DNA of 64,000 bases from contig OZ024754.1 in assembly GCA_964016885.1 (NCBI GenBank), positions 39,866,001 to 39,930,000 on the forward strand, written 5' to 3'. A model generated the notes under the pieces. The model searched no databases. It was not told where the DNA came from and saw nothing but the letters and a program-made list of their open reading frames with translations. The stretch's first letter is position 1; every line of letters starts with the position of its first letter. The translations under genes were made by a program, and so were the position numbers. Shown one piece after another: positions 12,526-25,442 of the stretch. Origin of the DNA: Eledone cirrhosa (taxonomy: Eukaryota).

Positions 12526-15500
12526 TGGTGATATATGAAGCAAGACTTCAGACACAGGATATAGTTAAAGGAAACAGACCGACAACAGCAGCTGCAGCAG
12601 CACTAACAGCAGTTCTTTCTTATATGAGAGAGGGTGGTGATGGGAGGAGATAGAGAAGTCCTGCCCCTCCCACTCCCTACAGTATGATCCAAGTTAAAGT
12701 ATTGGTTGTGGGTGGAGCGATGTGTAGTGGCGATGGTGGTGGTGGTGGTGATGTTATTGTGATGGTGGTGTTGCTTCAGTACAGTGAACTGGAATAGTTC
12801 TAGTGTCACTACTACTACTACTATACTACCATCACCAACAATACTACCTCCACCCCATCCCACCACCGTCGCCACCAATAACTACCCCCCCCCCCCCCCC
12901 ATAAAAACACCCACCAACTACCCCCAATAATAACACCAAACACATTTTCCCTCTGAAACATTGGCTGGAGGTAGTCCCAACATACTACAACCCTATGTCT
13001 AAAAAAAAATGGAATAGTTATTGCTAGAATGTTCTGTTCAATGGAAGCTGACCAGCCACCGCTACCATCGTTAATAATAACCCGAACTATGGATTATAAA
13101 TATAAAAATAAAATCTGAGAATTTGAGATTCCAATGTTGGGTCTCGTGGGTCATTCTCCATGGTAATGTCTTCGCTATTCTGTCTGTGGGGCAGGGCTAA
13201 ATTTCCACTCAGACCGGGGTGTACAGTTTGTTTCTCCCTCCCCCTGCCTTTCCTTCTTTCCCTTTTTTCTTTTCTTTTTCTTTCCATTTCCTTTTCTTTG
13301 TTTAGTTTAAATATCTTTTGTCTAACTTTACAACGTTATCTTATACTTAATAAAAAGTTTCTTTTAAAGCAGTAGTTGCCAACCGGCGGTGCGTGGAGCA
13401 CTGGTGATTCAACAGAAAATGTTGGTGGTCCAGAGAAAAATGTGGACATTATTATTTGCAATTTTTATGTTTTATTAATAATAAAACAAAAATATTTGGT
13501 TAAAATATATTTTATACCCCCCCCCCCCCTCTTCCCCTAAAAATGTTTCTCTCCTCAGTAAAGATCTAACATCCATGAAAGAATTTTACACATATGTATC
13601 GTCTATCTACAACATGATACATGTCCGCCGAAAGTTAACTGCAGCGGGATTTGAATTCAGAATGTAAATGGACGAAACTATATGCTGCATGTTGTTCGAC
13701 GCTCTACCGATACCACTATTCCACTGGCTTAAACACTAATTTAATAATGAGAAAGTTATATTACCAAGTCCCTCAAATTCTTCATTATTAAAAAAATTGA
13801 TTGAAAAATCATAAGGAGTGTCTTTCATTAGAAATATAATAATGAAAGGGTTAACTAAATTCAACCTTAGTATTAATACATAATGTGTATTTTATGTGTG
13901 TAGTGTGTGTATGTGTGTGTTTGTGCGTGTGTGTGATGACAAGTACTCCAGTTGTTCGATCAACTGAACAGCCTACACCTGAAGCAAACAATATAGAGGT
14001 GGTGGTGGTGGTGGATAGTAGTCACGCTGATTGTGTAAATAACATGTGTAAAAGAATATTGTATACGGTGTATGTATGTGTGTGTACATATGTATGTATG
14101 TGTGTATGTATATGTGTGTTATGTCAGGTCACCAGTTGGTGCTACTGGTAACATGTATCCCAGTACAACCTGTCTCATGGTCGGGTCGTTGGCGACTAAA
14201 CTGGCAACCCCACTAAGGTTTCTTGGTGAGGAGGGTGACTTTGGACATCCTGCAGGACTAAAAACAAAACCTGTCAAAGGGCAAAGGAGCTCTTAAGAGT
14301 CAATGGCCATCCCAAATCACCGGGAGAGATGACCCCTTAGCCTTTGTCAAGGCAGAATTCTAGGAGAAGGAAAACTCTGATATAACACCTGCAACCCTGA
14401 TGGTATCCAATGATGTTGACTTGTTCTTGTTTTTGGTAAATATCATCTTGGTTAAGAGAGTGGGACTGGCTTTGTGCAGTGCCTTTGCTCACTATAAAAG
14501 CTTCATGGCACAGGCATTGCTTTATATCTGGAGATCTCTCTGCACTTGTCCTCACATGGTACCATGGGCCCAGCACTATGTGTCAATAATTGTCACAAGT
14601 GTAGTGTTTGTACCAGAGTTTTCAAGTCGCTGGCGGGACTAAAAAGTCACACTCGTTCAGCGCTTCGGTAGGGGTTCTCCTACATGGATATAAAGTAGTG
14701 GCCGTACTCGAAAACGAGTTGGCAGCCACCATATATGTGTGTATGTTTGTATGTGTGTATGTTTGTATGTGTGCATGTATGTATGTATGTGTGTGTGTGC
14801 GTGTGTGTATGTATGTCTATGTTTGTATGTGTGTATGTATGTATGTGTGTATGTACGTATGTGTGTATGCATGTATGTGCCAACTCCCTTCCTTCATAAC
14901 CAAATATACGAAACTTTCTGTACAATAAGACACATTTTCTCATTTATATCCACCCCAGTATTTAACTGGTACTTCATTTTATCGAAATCAAAGGAATGAA
15001 AGGCAAAATTGACTTCGGTGGGATTTGAACTCAGTAAAGAGCAGTAATTAAATACAGCCAGAACATTTTATTAGACGCTCTAACAATACTGCCAACCCAC
15101 TATCCTTCCATCGGTAAAAATAATTGTTTCTACTTTTGGCACAAGGCCAGCAATTATCTCAGTGTATTACTGGTACTTTATTTTATTGACCCCGTAAGGA
15201 TGAAAAGCAAAGTTAACTTCGGCGGGATTTGAACTCAGACCGTAAAGGGCCGTAACTCTATGCAGCACAGCATAGTGTCTGACGCTCTACCGATACTGCC
15301 AATCCAATGGTTTCTGATTGAAGCATATGGCCAACAATTTTGGGGAGGGGAAAGTCTATTAGATCGACCTCAGTCCGTTACTAGTACTTTATTTTATCGA
15401 CCCCGTAAGGACGAAAGGCAGGATTTGAACTCCGAACGTAAAGGGTCATAACTATGTCAAGGCATTTTGTCCAGCGATAAAAATAGTAACATTAGAGTGA

Positions 15501-16626
15501 TGTCCCTTCGTTCAATTGTTTTGATATTTTTACATCAACGAACAAAACGTTAAAACAGTAGATTTTTTTTCCATTTTATTTCAAATATTAGCGGTTGTTG
15601 TATATCGTTTTTTAATGTGACATTTAAAAAAATATTTGATTAATTTATCGAAAAGCATCCGCTGGGGTTCAGTGAGGATTTTTTGTTTGTTTGTATTGTT
15701 ATAGATATTGTTTAGACACCTCAACCGATTTCAGTGGGAAATCATTTTCTTTTTCTTTTTCCTGTGCTATCAATTAAACTTATCTTCTAATATGACGCAA
15801 AGGACTTTTTTCCTCTGGAAAACAGAGACCATCGGACACCCCCACACTTTTTTTAGTGCCTAACCCTGACTCTAACCCCAACACCAGCCCCAACACTAAC
15901 CAATACTTCGCAGTTCAGCGGTTTGGAGTCAGACTGTATCTTTTACGGCTGTATCACTTCGCATCATCTCTTACGGCCATACCCTACGACATGAGACAAG
16001 GTGACAAACATACTGGCCAAAGCATCCCTTTTCTTTCAATACCTTACGACTATTTCTACTGCGCGCCTGTATATGTACACACAAGTACAAGTACACATAC
16101 ATAGGTGAACGGCGCTCACATACACACATATGCCTCGACACCTATTGTCACAGCCTGTGTTGGTCAGGTCACGCTCACGTACATCTATATACTCCAAACA
16201 GGAAGCTAGCTTTGTCACGGTTTAATGCACATACCCAAACAGCTTTGCACAGACAAACAAACGCACATGTCCACTCTAAAAAAAATATACAACAATTATC
16301 TCCCTTCGAAAACCTCTCTTATATCAAAAATACACTGACCCGCACTTTTTAAAAATGTTTAACTAAACGCACACGTGCTTTCTCTCAAACATTATTTTCA
16401 TTTTTCTTCCAATATATATAACGCTTATGTGGACACCCTAAATTCGTTGGATTCCTACATTGCATCTTCACTCTGGAACTGGATTTTACCCGGACTCTAC
16501 TTGAAATTTTATCTGTATATCTCTTTACATTACTGAACTTTTCTTACTGCGTTTTGCATTACACCAATATCCCACGATTGACCACCATTTTCCCCTCATT
16601 CTCTTCTCACCCCGTTATCTATCATT

Positions 16627-17350
16627 CTAGTCTCCTGTCATTACAATTACTCCTCCATTATGCCTAATCTGAAATCTTTTCTTCGCCATCTCGATTTCGT
16701 ACTCAAAAACTTTCTCCGACAATTTCCCCCCATTTGCATTCAATCCTCCTTGCATCTCTCCAAACTCCTCTTCGCAAAAACACGCTACAATAGTCATGTC
16801 CAATTTCTGAGCCGCTGTCTCCACTACCACCTCATTCCCCAAGGTTTCCGCCTCAACTTTCATCCTACCACCTACACTGCCTCTACTATTAAATCCATCC
16901 TTACCCGCTCCTCTCGCCAACTCATGCGTGCAACCCTCAATTCCACTCTCTCTCAGATCCGTTCCCTCGACAGCAATCTTCCCAAAGCCTACCTCCTTCT
17001 TTCCTCCACTTGCCACCCCCTCCTCGCTCAATCCATCGTTCACTTCATCCTCAATCTCAACCGTCTCCTCTTCGATTTCCTCGCTTCCTCCAAAGAACGC
17101 AAATTTGAATTACTCCGCTCCCCGCCTGCCGCCACCACATCCACCCATCTTACCACCATCCCTGACCCTATTACCACTTCACCTACGCCTCCTTCTTCAA
17201 TCTCTCCCACTCCCGCTTTTGTCCTCACCACTGACCCCATATATTTCGCCACACCTAATCACCACAGCCCCACCGAGTCCACTACAACTCTCTCTCCTCC
17301 ACATACACCACTCACTGTTGTCACTCTACCTCCGGACCTTCCTAACACCG
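16627..17350 (+). mobile_element. Penelope-like retroelement ORF, N-terminal fragment (3'-truncated)
   Basis: RYNSHVQFLSRCLHYHLIPQGFRL matches the 'H..FL..C....+IP.G+' N-terminal motif of Penelope-like (Neptune-type) ORFs. A P/T/S linker follows, then VVTLPPDLP, where homology stops before the RT. Strong C-rich strand bias. Confidence 0.7.
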
Positions 17351-18114
17351 AGGAAGCCATTAATCTCAAGTTATCTCCCTTGCCATGGGAAAGTTTATAA
17401 ATGTTCAAGCAATCATAAACTTGATAGTGAAACACACAAAGCCTTACAATATACAAATGTGTCTCACAAATAACTGTACAACTCAGTGATGCGAGCCCGG
17501 GCGGTTTATGGGAGCCCACGTGCGGGTCGCCTCGTGGTCCCAGCGTCCAGAATGAAGAAAATGTTACCCCGGAGGATGGCTAGGGATTCTAACAATATTC
17601 CTATTAAATAACAGGTGGATTGGTAGAGCATTGGATAAAATGCCATTGCGGTATTTGTTCTGGCTCTATACGTTTTGAGGTCAAATCTCGCTAAGTTCAA
17701 CTCTGCCTTTCATTCTTCCGGTGTCGATAAAATAAAGTACTATTCGAGTGTTGAGGTTGATTTAAATCAACTTTGCTGGCCTGCCTAAATTACAAATCGA
17801 TTAACAATGTACTTTATTTCAGTGTCTTAGTATCGCCATTACCCGCAGAAATGTTCTGTGTGTTGGCTTGTTTCCCAAATTATTGGAGGAAAGTTTCAGC
17901 GCCCTTTCTTATGGCGTGTGATTCAGTGTGTAGGACTTTTCCAGCCCCTGACATACTATTTTTCTTTTTAATTATCCATCTCCCCTACTTTTCAGTACTG
18001 TATATAACTACACAGCCTTATTTATTATATAAATTGGATTGGCACGTTTATGAATATATAAATACATTTCTTACGAAACAAATAATTGAAGAAGGAATGA
18101 CAGACTCTATATAC

Positions 18115-18400
18115 CTGTCTAGGTGGGATGTTTCAGTTGGGCCCTGCGGACAAACTAGCGACAGCATTGCAACGGAGAACAGTCAACAACATCCGCTGCA
18201 TCAGTCATTCGACTCCACGATGCTCCTCCTGGCGGGATGAACTCTTACACATTTTGTGGAGGAAAATGGAAGTTAGCAGAACGACGACACTAGATGTCTT
18301 AACGACTACCAACATGAAAAGGAAGCGGCCAATCAAGTCCCGGTATTTGGAAATCTTAATTATATTAAATATTTATGATGTGCAAAAAAACAAATTAATA
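18115..18400 (-). other. Possible non-coding 5' exon of the GALNT7-like gene, with short uORFs
   Basis: Unique, CpG-containing island in otherwise repetitive DNA. On the minus strand it ends AGACAG|gtatat and contains three short ATG-stop ORFs. Position and orientation fit a 5'UTR exon, but there is no transcript evidence and the 5' boundary is approximate. Confidence 0.3.
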
Positions 18401-18597
18401 ATAAAAAAAATAAAAAAAATCCAGAAAGAGGAAAAAGCAACTAGAAACGACACCCACGCTGTAAGAGGGAATATTGATGTTTCCCCGTCTAGAAATGGTG
18501 TAATTTTGAAAGAAAGTATATTATGGAAAAGACCAACACCAAGTAACAACATTAAAACGAAATTTATTCAGTAACTCAAGAAAGCCAAGTTAATATA

Positions 18598-18640
<43 letters not shown>

Positions 18641-20164
18641 CCTTTTAATGTTCCCCAACTACGCACGTATTCGGTAAGATTATCGAAACAAGTAAATATA
18701 TAACTAACAACTTTATTTTGCGAAGAAATATCTGAATGTGTGTGAAACTACCAAGATTGGAGGTGCTATATGTATTATATCAAGGATCTACGAAATATCT
18801 TTCAATACATTCAGGATATAAAAAGATTTAACTGTTTTATAGTCGTCCTTATTTTTTCACCTTTTTCTTATTTTTGTTGCTTAATTTTAAGAGATAGACG
18901 GTCTTTCTGTCCCGTGTGTCAAGATAAGTTATCTCCCTTGACATACACGTTTTAGTGACTAGTTTTTTTTGTATTCGTTCAACAGTAAACGCTATAGTTT
19001 GTTTATATTATTAAATAAAAACATTTAAAAGTTAGCGGCTTTTTTTATATTATTCACTGGTACTAACAACAATCAGTAACTATCACTACTCTAATGATGT
19101 GAGCCGGGGAGAACGTTCTCTGGCATACAAAATCCCAGATGCAAGCCATCTCGTGTCGCCAGTGGTCAGAATTGCGAAAGCGTTACCTCGGTGTGTATTG
19201 AGCATTGATACCACCTTCAGATATTAACGAACATTACTAAATAATCTACACAAGAACGGTTGGTTTAGTACAATTAGACCTCAGCAACGCCACCATCTTC
19301 TAGTTTTGACATCGTAGTCTTTTACCATTCCTTATAGAAACACCACTTCCATGTCAGTCCAGCCCTGATGGAACAGGTTTGTTGAAAGGCCGGTCAGTTT
19401 CACAATGAATTCAAGTCTATAGTATCCAATTAGCAGAGTCGATAGAACGTCGAATAGAATATAATTTGCGATATTCATTTCGGCTCTCAAATTCCACCGA
19501 AGTCGACTGCTTTTCATCCATACAAGATCCTTAAAAAAAAATACCAGACTAGTACTGGAGTTAATTCTTCATCTACATCTCTTTCTCACTTCATCTCTAT
19601 CACTCTCTCCCCTTTTCTGGAAGAAATATGCTTTACTCATGCCTAGAGAGGGTATAGGCTCAGTCAGGTTTAAAAATGCCTGAAGAAACGCCGTATGTTA
19701 ATAGGACGCCCCTACCTACGATTCCCTCAGGAATTAGGACTATCCAACATGTCCTTGATTGTAGAACATGATTTGAGGGGATTTCTGACCACACACAGAC
19801 CCTGGGTTGGCTGCATAGTAACCCTTCTGTTATATCTTTTACATGCATTTTTGTTTTTGTCTTAAATTGTGTTGATAATCACATATATTCGGTAAATTTA
19901 TTTACAGTTGAATAACATTACAAATATGTTTTAAATATATACAGCACGATACGAATGTAACCTAAGGGCAGCATCAACGAACTCCCTCTTGCACCAATGG
20001 CCAGCCAACACAGGCTGGAGATAGAATGTGTAGCAACAATGGCGGTGCCCCAGCATGGCCTCAGCCGGATGGCTGGAACATGTAAAAGAGTAAAAGAATA
20101 AATAACATTATAAATAAAAAGAAATATAATAATACAATGCTTACAGAATGAAAGGACAAACAAA

Positions 20165-20536
20165 TCTATATATATAAAGTTGTAGTTCCTGCCTGTTTGT
20201 TCACGTACTCCTATGGTTTTGGAGGTAGAAGCCCTTTAACCATATATATTCTGAAACTACATTGCCCAGGGTACTTGGATAAGTATATTTCATTTTAATC
20301 AAAGGGTTCCCCGGCGGCACAAACCTCTGCTGAAAATTTTTTCCCTTCAATTTATATGCAATTTAAACCATAGGCAAATGATATGATGCCTATTCACAAA
20401 ATTTCAATATTAAGACATCCTAATAGGGGTTAAACCCCTATAGTGAAAATTTTGATTAAAAACTGATTTAAAATCAATCATTTTCTTACAAAAAAAAAAT
20501 GTGTGAAACGCAGCTAGGCGCAGGTAATTCGGCTAG
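20165..20536 (+). mobile_element. Non-autonomous Helitron
   Basis: Starts A|TCTATATATATAAAGTTG and ends GGCTAG|T (AT target, no TSD), with a GC-rich subterminal segment. Homologous to 9915-10405. Confidence 0.8.
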
Positions 20537-20889
20537 TATAATATAAAGGAAAGAGGGGGGGGGGGGGGAAATTACCGAATATATGTGATATGGATTATCA
20601 ACACAATTTAAGAAATAAAAATTTTTTTACGCTGAGGTTTTCATATTTACCTATTTAGTGTAAACCAACGAATCTACATTGGTATCACAATATACTCCTG
20701 TAAAGGAGTATATGTGTAGGCAAAGCTTTTTTTTAATACTATTTTTAATGCCAACCACTTTACAGAGTGAACATTAAACCATTTCATATCCCCCCCCCCC
20801 CCCCCCCCCCCATGGATTTATGATAATTTAATAATGAAATTATTGTGTATAGTGCTCAGGTGCACTACAATTCGTTAAAGGTGCATTTA

Positions 20890-21225
20890 TCTATCTAGTG
20901 TGGGTAAAATTCCCGAGATCCATAGACGAGTTCTCTCTAGCGGTCTCTGTCCCTCATCAGTGTCTGTCCTTAGGGCATCAACATATGTCAACCTCGGTCT
21001 CCCTCTTCCAATGTGTCCATGCAGGGGCTCCCACAGGAGCACTGAGTGCAGTGTCAACTCTGGATGTCGGTGAGCATGTCTAGCTAACCTCAATCTCCTC
21101 TGTGCTACTCACAAGCTGATTTTAAGGAGGCTCCCGTACAACTCCGAGTTCTTCATCCTCAGTGTAATACTGATTAATGTTCAGAGCCATCCTCAGCACT
21201 CTCATGTAGCACCCATCCACCACCT
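20890..21225 (-). mobile_element. RTE-like LINE fragment, nested in a CR1 3'UTR remnant
   Basis: DGCY.RVLRMALN...RLARHAHRHPEL...VLLWEPLHGHIGRGRPRLTYVDAL. CR1 3'UTR pieces at 20820-20885 and 21225-21330 flank it. Confidence 0.75.
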
Positions 21226-22351
21226 GAGTGCATATGTAGTACATAGAATAATGTACAAATGTCAGGAAAGTGAACAGTGTATAGAAGGGGGATATCAGGT
21301 GTAGTGTTGGCGAATTTCAGGAAGCATGGAGGTTTTTTTATGATATAAAACTGCTCATTTTCAAATGTTTATCTTTGTATTAAAATCTTTCATCATAATT
21401 TTATTTTAGAAATCTTTAAGTAATGTTGTACTCACTAATAAAAAACTTAAAATTCCTTCAAATTATTTTTACAATTAATTGAAACACAACCAGTTCATGT
21501 CATTACAAATGCAGTATTGTTTGGGTTAACCCTTTAGCATTTACATTACTCTATATTTACTATTGTATTTTCACTGTAAAAGCTTTATTTCACATAATTA
21601 TCTCACATAATATCGAATATGAGATTTTGATATTATTGATTTTGAGAACGATACCTTAACATCAGTATCAGAAAGAGGTGAGAGAATTCTGGCTGGAAAC
21701 AGCCGGTTTAAATGCTAAAGGCTTGAAAGAAATTTTATTTCATCATCCTTAGCAATACACTCACTTCAGAGTTTTAGTTTACTTTTAAGTGCCTTTATTT
21801 TTTATTTGATTTTGTAGAATGTTATATTAATTCCATGCAGAAATTTGCCATTTATTAATCTTAACAGCGACCTTTTAGTTTGGCTGAAAGTTCAAAACAA
21901 TGTTCAGAGAGAAATAACCTAATTTCTTTACACAATTTGAAAAATTATACCAACATTTCCCGTGCAACAACAACCACATTTCAGATTGTAATAATAAGTT
22001 GCTATTTTGTCACATAATAAACTGAAAATTTTTTTATTTCCTGCTTTTGGGTTAACTCTTAACCCTTTAGCATTTACATTACTCTATTGTATTTTTGTGG
22101 TAAAGACTTTATCTCACATAATATCGAATCTGAGATTTTGATGTAATTTATTTTGAGAACAATATGTTCATGTCAGTATGAGCAGCCAGTTAAAACAGAA
22201 AGAGGTGACAGAATTCTGGTCGGATACAACTGGTTTAAAGACTAAAGAGTTAATGTCCTGTACCAGTACCACATTAGGGAGACATCTTTAAACAGTATAA
22301 AGCAGCACTAAGTAAGATGTGTTATAGAGAGCTGATAGATGTGTTATAGAG

Positions 22352-22641
22352 CAGGTATGTCAAACTGAGAGTCACATGTGTTGTCTGAGGGCCACATGGG
22401 TCACATGTGTTGTCTGAGGGCCACATGGATCACATGTGTTGTCTGAGGCCCACATGGTTCACGTGTTGTCTGAGGGCCACAGGGGTCACGTGTTGTCTGA
22501 GGGCCACACACGACAACTAATTGCGCTCATTACAACTATTTTTATTTTATTTTATATTACGAAGATAAAACATGGTGGCGCTGTAAAAACCTTTGTGGAT
22601 TGCAGGAGTACTTGTAAAGGGCCGCATGTTTGACATACCTG
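22352..22641 (+). mobile_element. hAT-type MITE with 8-bp TSD
   Basis: TIRs CAGGTATGTCAAAC / GTTTGACATACCTG, with TSD TTATAGAG on both sides. An internal ~29-bp unit is repeated about 5 times. Confidence 0.9.
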
Positions 22642-22890
22642 TTATAGAGGATTGGTAGGTGTGTAGTAGAGGTGTGTTATAGAGGTGATAGGTGTGTAGT
22701 AGAGGTGTGTTATAGAGGTGATAGGTGTGTAGTAGAGGTGTGTTATAGAGGATTGGTAGGTGTGTAGTAGAGGTGATAGGTGTGTTATAGAGGTGATAGG
22801 TGTGTAGTAGAGGTGTGTTATAGAGGTGATAGGTGTGTAGTAGAGGTGTGTTATAGAGGTGATAGGTGTGTTATAGATGTGTACTAGAGT
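22642..22890. repeat. Composite minisatellite (aggtgtgttatag / aggtgatag / gtgtgtagtag)
   Basis: Direct inspection. Confidence 0.85.
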
Positions 22891-23433
22891 TCCCCTACAA
22901 GGACTTTCTGGAAAAATGGTCCTAAAACTTTTTTTTTTGTTTCTCTTACTATTACATGTTCGTCCCGCTGTTGTTGTGGTTGTTTTTTTTGTTTTGTTTT
23001 TCAGAGGTTAGCTCTCAAATCTAAACTAGTTCTTCCTTTCCTGGATATAAACAAACAGTTTATGAAAGAATATATATATATATATATAACCCATGCTAGC
23101 GTGGAAGAACAGACGTAAAACGGTGATGATGATGATGATGATGATATTAGCTTTTAGATCTTTGCTGTTTGTTTTTTTATTTCTATTGACAGAGTCATGG
23201 GAAAAGTGGATGTAGTTGTAAAGTTCTCATTACCCACACATTGCTGCTTTTATTACATTTGACATTGTTATTTTATTTCAATTCAGTAAATACTGTGAGA
23301 AGTGTGTGGTGTGTGTATTGTAAAAAAAACTTGTATTGTAAAAAAATTTGCATAAAATGTCATGACTACTGCACTATAAGATTCTTTGTCTGCTCTGCAT
23401 GTCCAGATGACACATGGCTGATGTCACGAGATG

Positions 23434-23489
<56 letters not shown>

Positions 23490-23493
<4 letters not shown>

Positions 23494-23686
23494 TAGAAAG
23501 TGAGGTTTATTTTACAAAATGAAAAAAAACGAGGTGTCCTATACGAGTGAAAGTATAAGGAAAAAAGATGAAATCGAAAATGCAAGTGGAGTCTTTTTAA
23601 AAAAAATATATATTTATTTGGTTCCTTTACCGGTTTCGCAGTTCTTGTGCTTTTCAAAAGTAGAATTGAGATGGAGGGTTTGAGGT

Positions 23687-23690
<4 letters not shown>
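23490..23690 (-). mobile_element. Penelope-like 3' end remnant in (TA)n
   Basis: Minus strand: ...GCAcaagaacUGC-GAAACCGGUA...AAUAAAU (decayed hammerhead plus polyA signal). Flanked by (TA)n and homologous to 43525-43660. Confidence 0.55.
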
Positions 23691-23729
<39 letters not shown>

Positions 23730-24442
23730 GTCAGGTTTGGTCTATAATAGGTCTTTCCTCAAGCTGACTGACAGTGAAACATGTTATTAAATATGTTATG
23801 ATGCAACACTGATTCTGTGTTCTTTTATTATTATAGTATTATACTCTGCTTTGCATGAGCATGGAGTGCTCTCCTGTCATACATACTGCCTACGGACGCA
23901 ATCTTTCTCGCAACCATACACCTATATATATATGATCATCATTTTACGTCCGCTTTTCGCTGCTTGCAAGGGTGGGACGGGAACTGGTTCTGGCTTGATT
24001 TCTATGGCTGGATGCCCTTCCTAACACCAACCTCATTTACAGTGAGTGTTGGGTGCTTTTTTGCCATGGCACCTCCACAACCACTTTGCAGTGGAATGAT
24101 ATGGAGTAAACTGGAGCAATGTGAAATAAAGTGTCTTGCTCAAGGAAACAACACATCACCCGATCTGAGAATTGACGTGTATATATATATATACATAAGG
24201 AGACGAAGCAAGTCGAATGGAGTAGACCTACCTTCGGCCGTTTCCTCTGTCACTCTATGGAAAACTAAGTTTGTATTATTAAAATTTGAACCCAGCTGGC
24301 CAGAGTGCACACTTTTGTTAAACAGTGAGGGAAACAATCTTGTGTGGGAAGATGGTATAGTACCCGGACTGCTATAACAATCCTGAACTGCTGGTCGTGC
24401 AGTCATGTGCAGAGTATTAGGTAACGATATATATATATATAA

Positions 24443-24632
24443 GGTGGATTGGCAGTATCGGTAGAGGGTCGGATGCCATGCCTTGTAGCATAGAGTTACG
24501 TCCCTTTAGGGTCTGAGTTCAAATTTCGCCGAGGTTAACTTTGCCTTTTATCCTTACAGGGGTCGATAAAATAAAGTACCAGTAATGCACTGGGTAATTG
24601 CTGGCCTTGTACCAAAAGTAGAAACAATTATT
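24443..24632 (+). mobile_element. tRNA-derived SINE, most abundant family in the window (representative copy)
   Basis: A-box-like tggcagtatcggtagag, B-box gagttcaaat, central gcctttcatccttacggggtcgataaaataaagtaccag. About 15 other copies, e.g. 1-220, 3850-3995, 6860-7030, 11900-12330 (two, inverted), 14950-15475 (three), 17610-17790, 19425-19560, 40140-40372, 48655-48790, 55340-55580 and 61430-61530. Confidence 0.85.
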
Positions 24633-24757
24633 ATATTACACTTTATCTAGCTCTGCACCTCGCCACTGTTGTGAACCTAAACATCGAGTGCTCACCTAGG
24701 TGAACCTACAGTAATTTCATGTTACACTCCCTGGGTATATATATATAAATATATATA

Positions 24758-25075
24758 TTGGCCTTGCAATCGAAAGGTTGTGAGTTCAATTCTCAGACCG
24801 GGTGACGTGTTGTTTCCTTGAGCAAGACACTTTATTTCACATTGCTCCAGTTTACTCAGCTGTAGAAATGAGATGATAGGGACTGGGGTCCCTATCATTC
24901 CACTGCAAAGTGGTCGTGGAGGTGCCACGGCAAAAAAGCACCCAGCACTCACTGTAAATGAGGTTGGCGTTAGGAAGGGCATCCAGCTGTAGAAATCAAG
25001 CCAGAATCACTTCCCGTCCCACCCTTGCAAGCAGGGAAAAGCGGACGTAAAATGATGATGATGATGATGATGATA
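24758..25075 (+). mobile_element. SINE: tRNA-like head, CORE-like centre, RTE-related tail
   Basis: B-box gagttcaattc, then ccttgagcaagacactt, then a tail ggcgttaggaagggcatccagctgtagaa...gatgatgat shared with the RTE 3'UTR. An inverted copy lies at 23935-24175. Related heads or tails at 10702-10815, 11128-11555, 26490-26900, 27580-27750, 48391-48575 and 49125-49300. Confidence 0.8.
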
Positions 25076-25240
25076 TACACCACCCAGAAACTCTCCTATA
25101 TGAGTGAGACATGGTCACCCAACCCAGCTTGCCTCTAAATGGGACCCGTCTAACCCATGCTAGCATGGAAGATAGGCATTAATCGATGATGATGACGATG
25201 ATATGTATATATATATATATATATTGTTTAATATAGAAAT

Positions 25241-25292
25241 GGCTTCTACTGGACTAGAACTGTTTCATTCGAAGGAAATCATCAAGAGAGCC
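25241..25292 (-). ncRNA. Degenerate hammerhead, same family as 28967
   Basis: Minus strand: UUGAUGA-UUUCCUUCGAAU-GAAACAGUUCUAGUCCAGUA-GAAGCC. It has C3>U and a stem III mismatch. Confidence 0.5.
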
Positions 25293-25399
25293 AACTAACA
25301 TTGTGATATGGTGGTATTTATACATTTTCTGGTGGTAGGGGAAGGTGCTGATTGGGATGGATGGAGGTCATTGGCCGAGAGACACAAAATAAAACCCTA

Positions 25400-25442
25400 G
25401 TCACTGAGGAGGTCACAGTATGTGTGACGAAAGAGCTTTGAC
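25400..25442 (+). ncRNA. Minimal type I hammerhead ribozyme (Penelope-type)
   Basis: GUCA-CUGAGGA-G-GUCACA(guaug)UGUGAC-GAAAG-ag-CUU-UGAC. Stem I is GUCA/UGAC, stem II is 6 bp, stem III is 2 bp, triplet CUU. Confidence 0.7.

Noticed and set aside
15855-15905. Telomere-like cctaaccc motifs
   Set aside because: Only two or three degenerate units; not a telomeric array.
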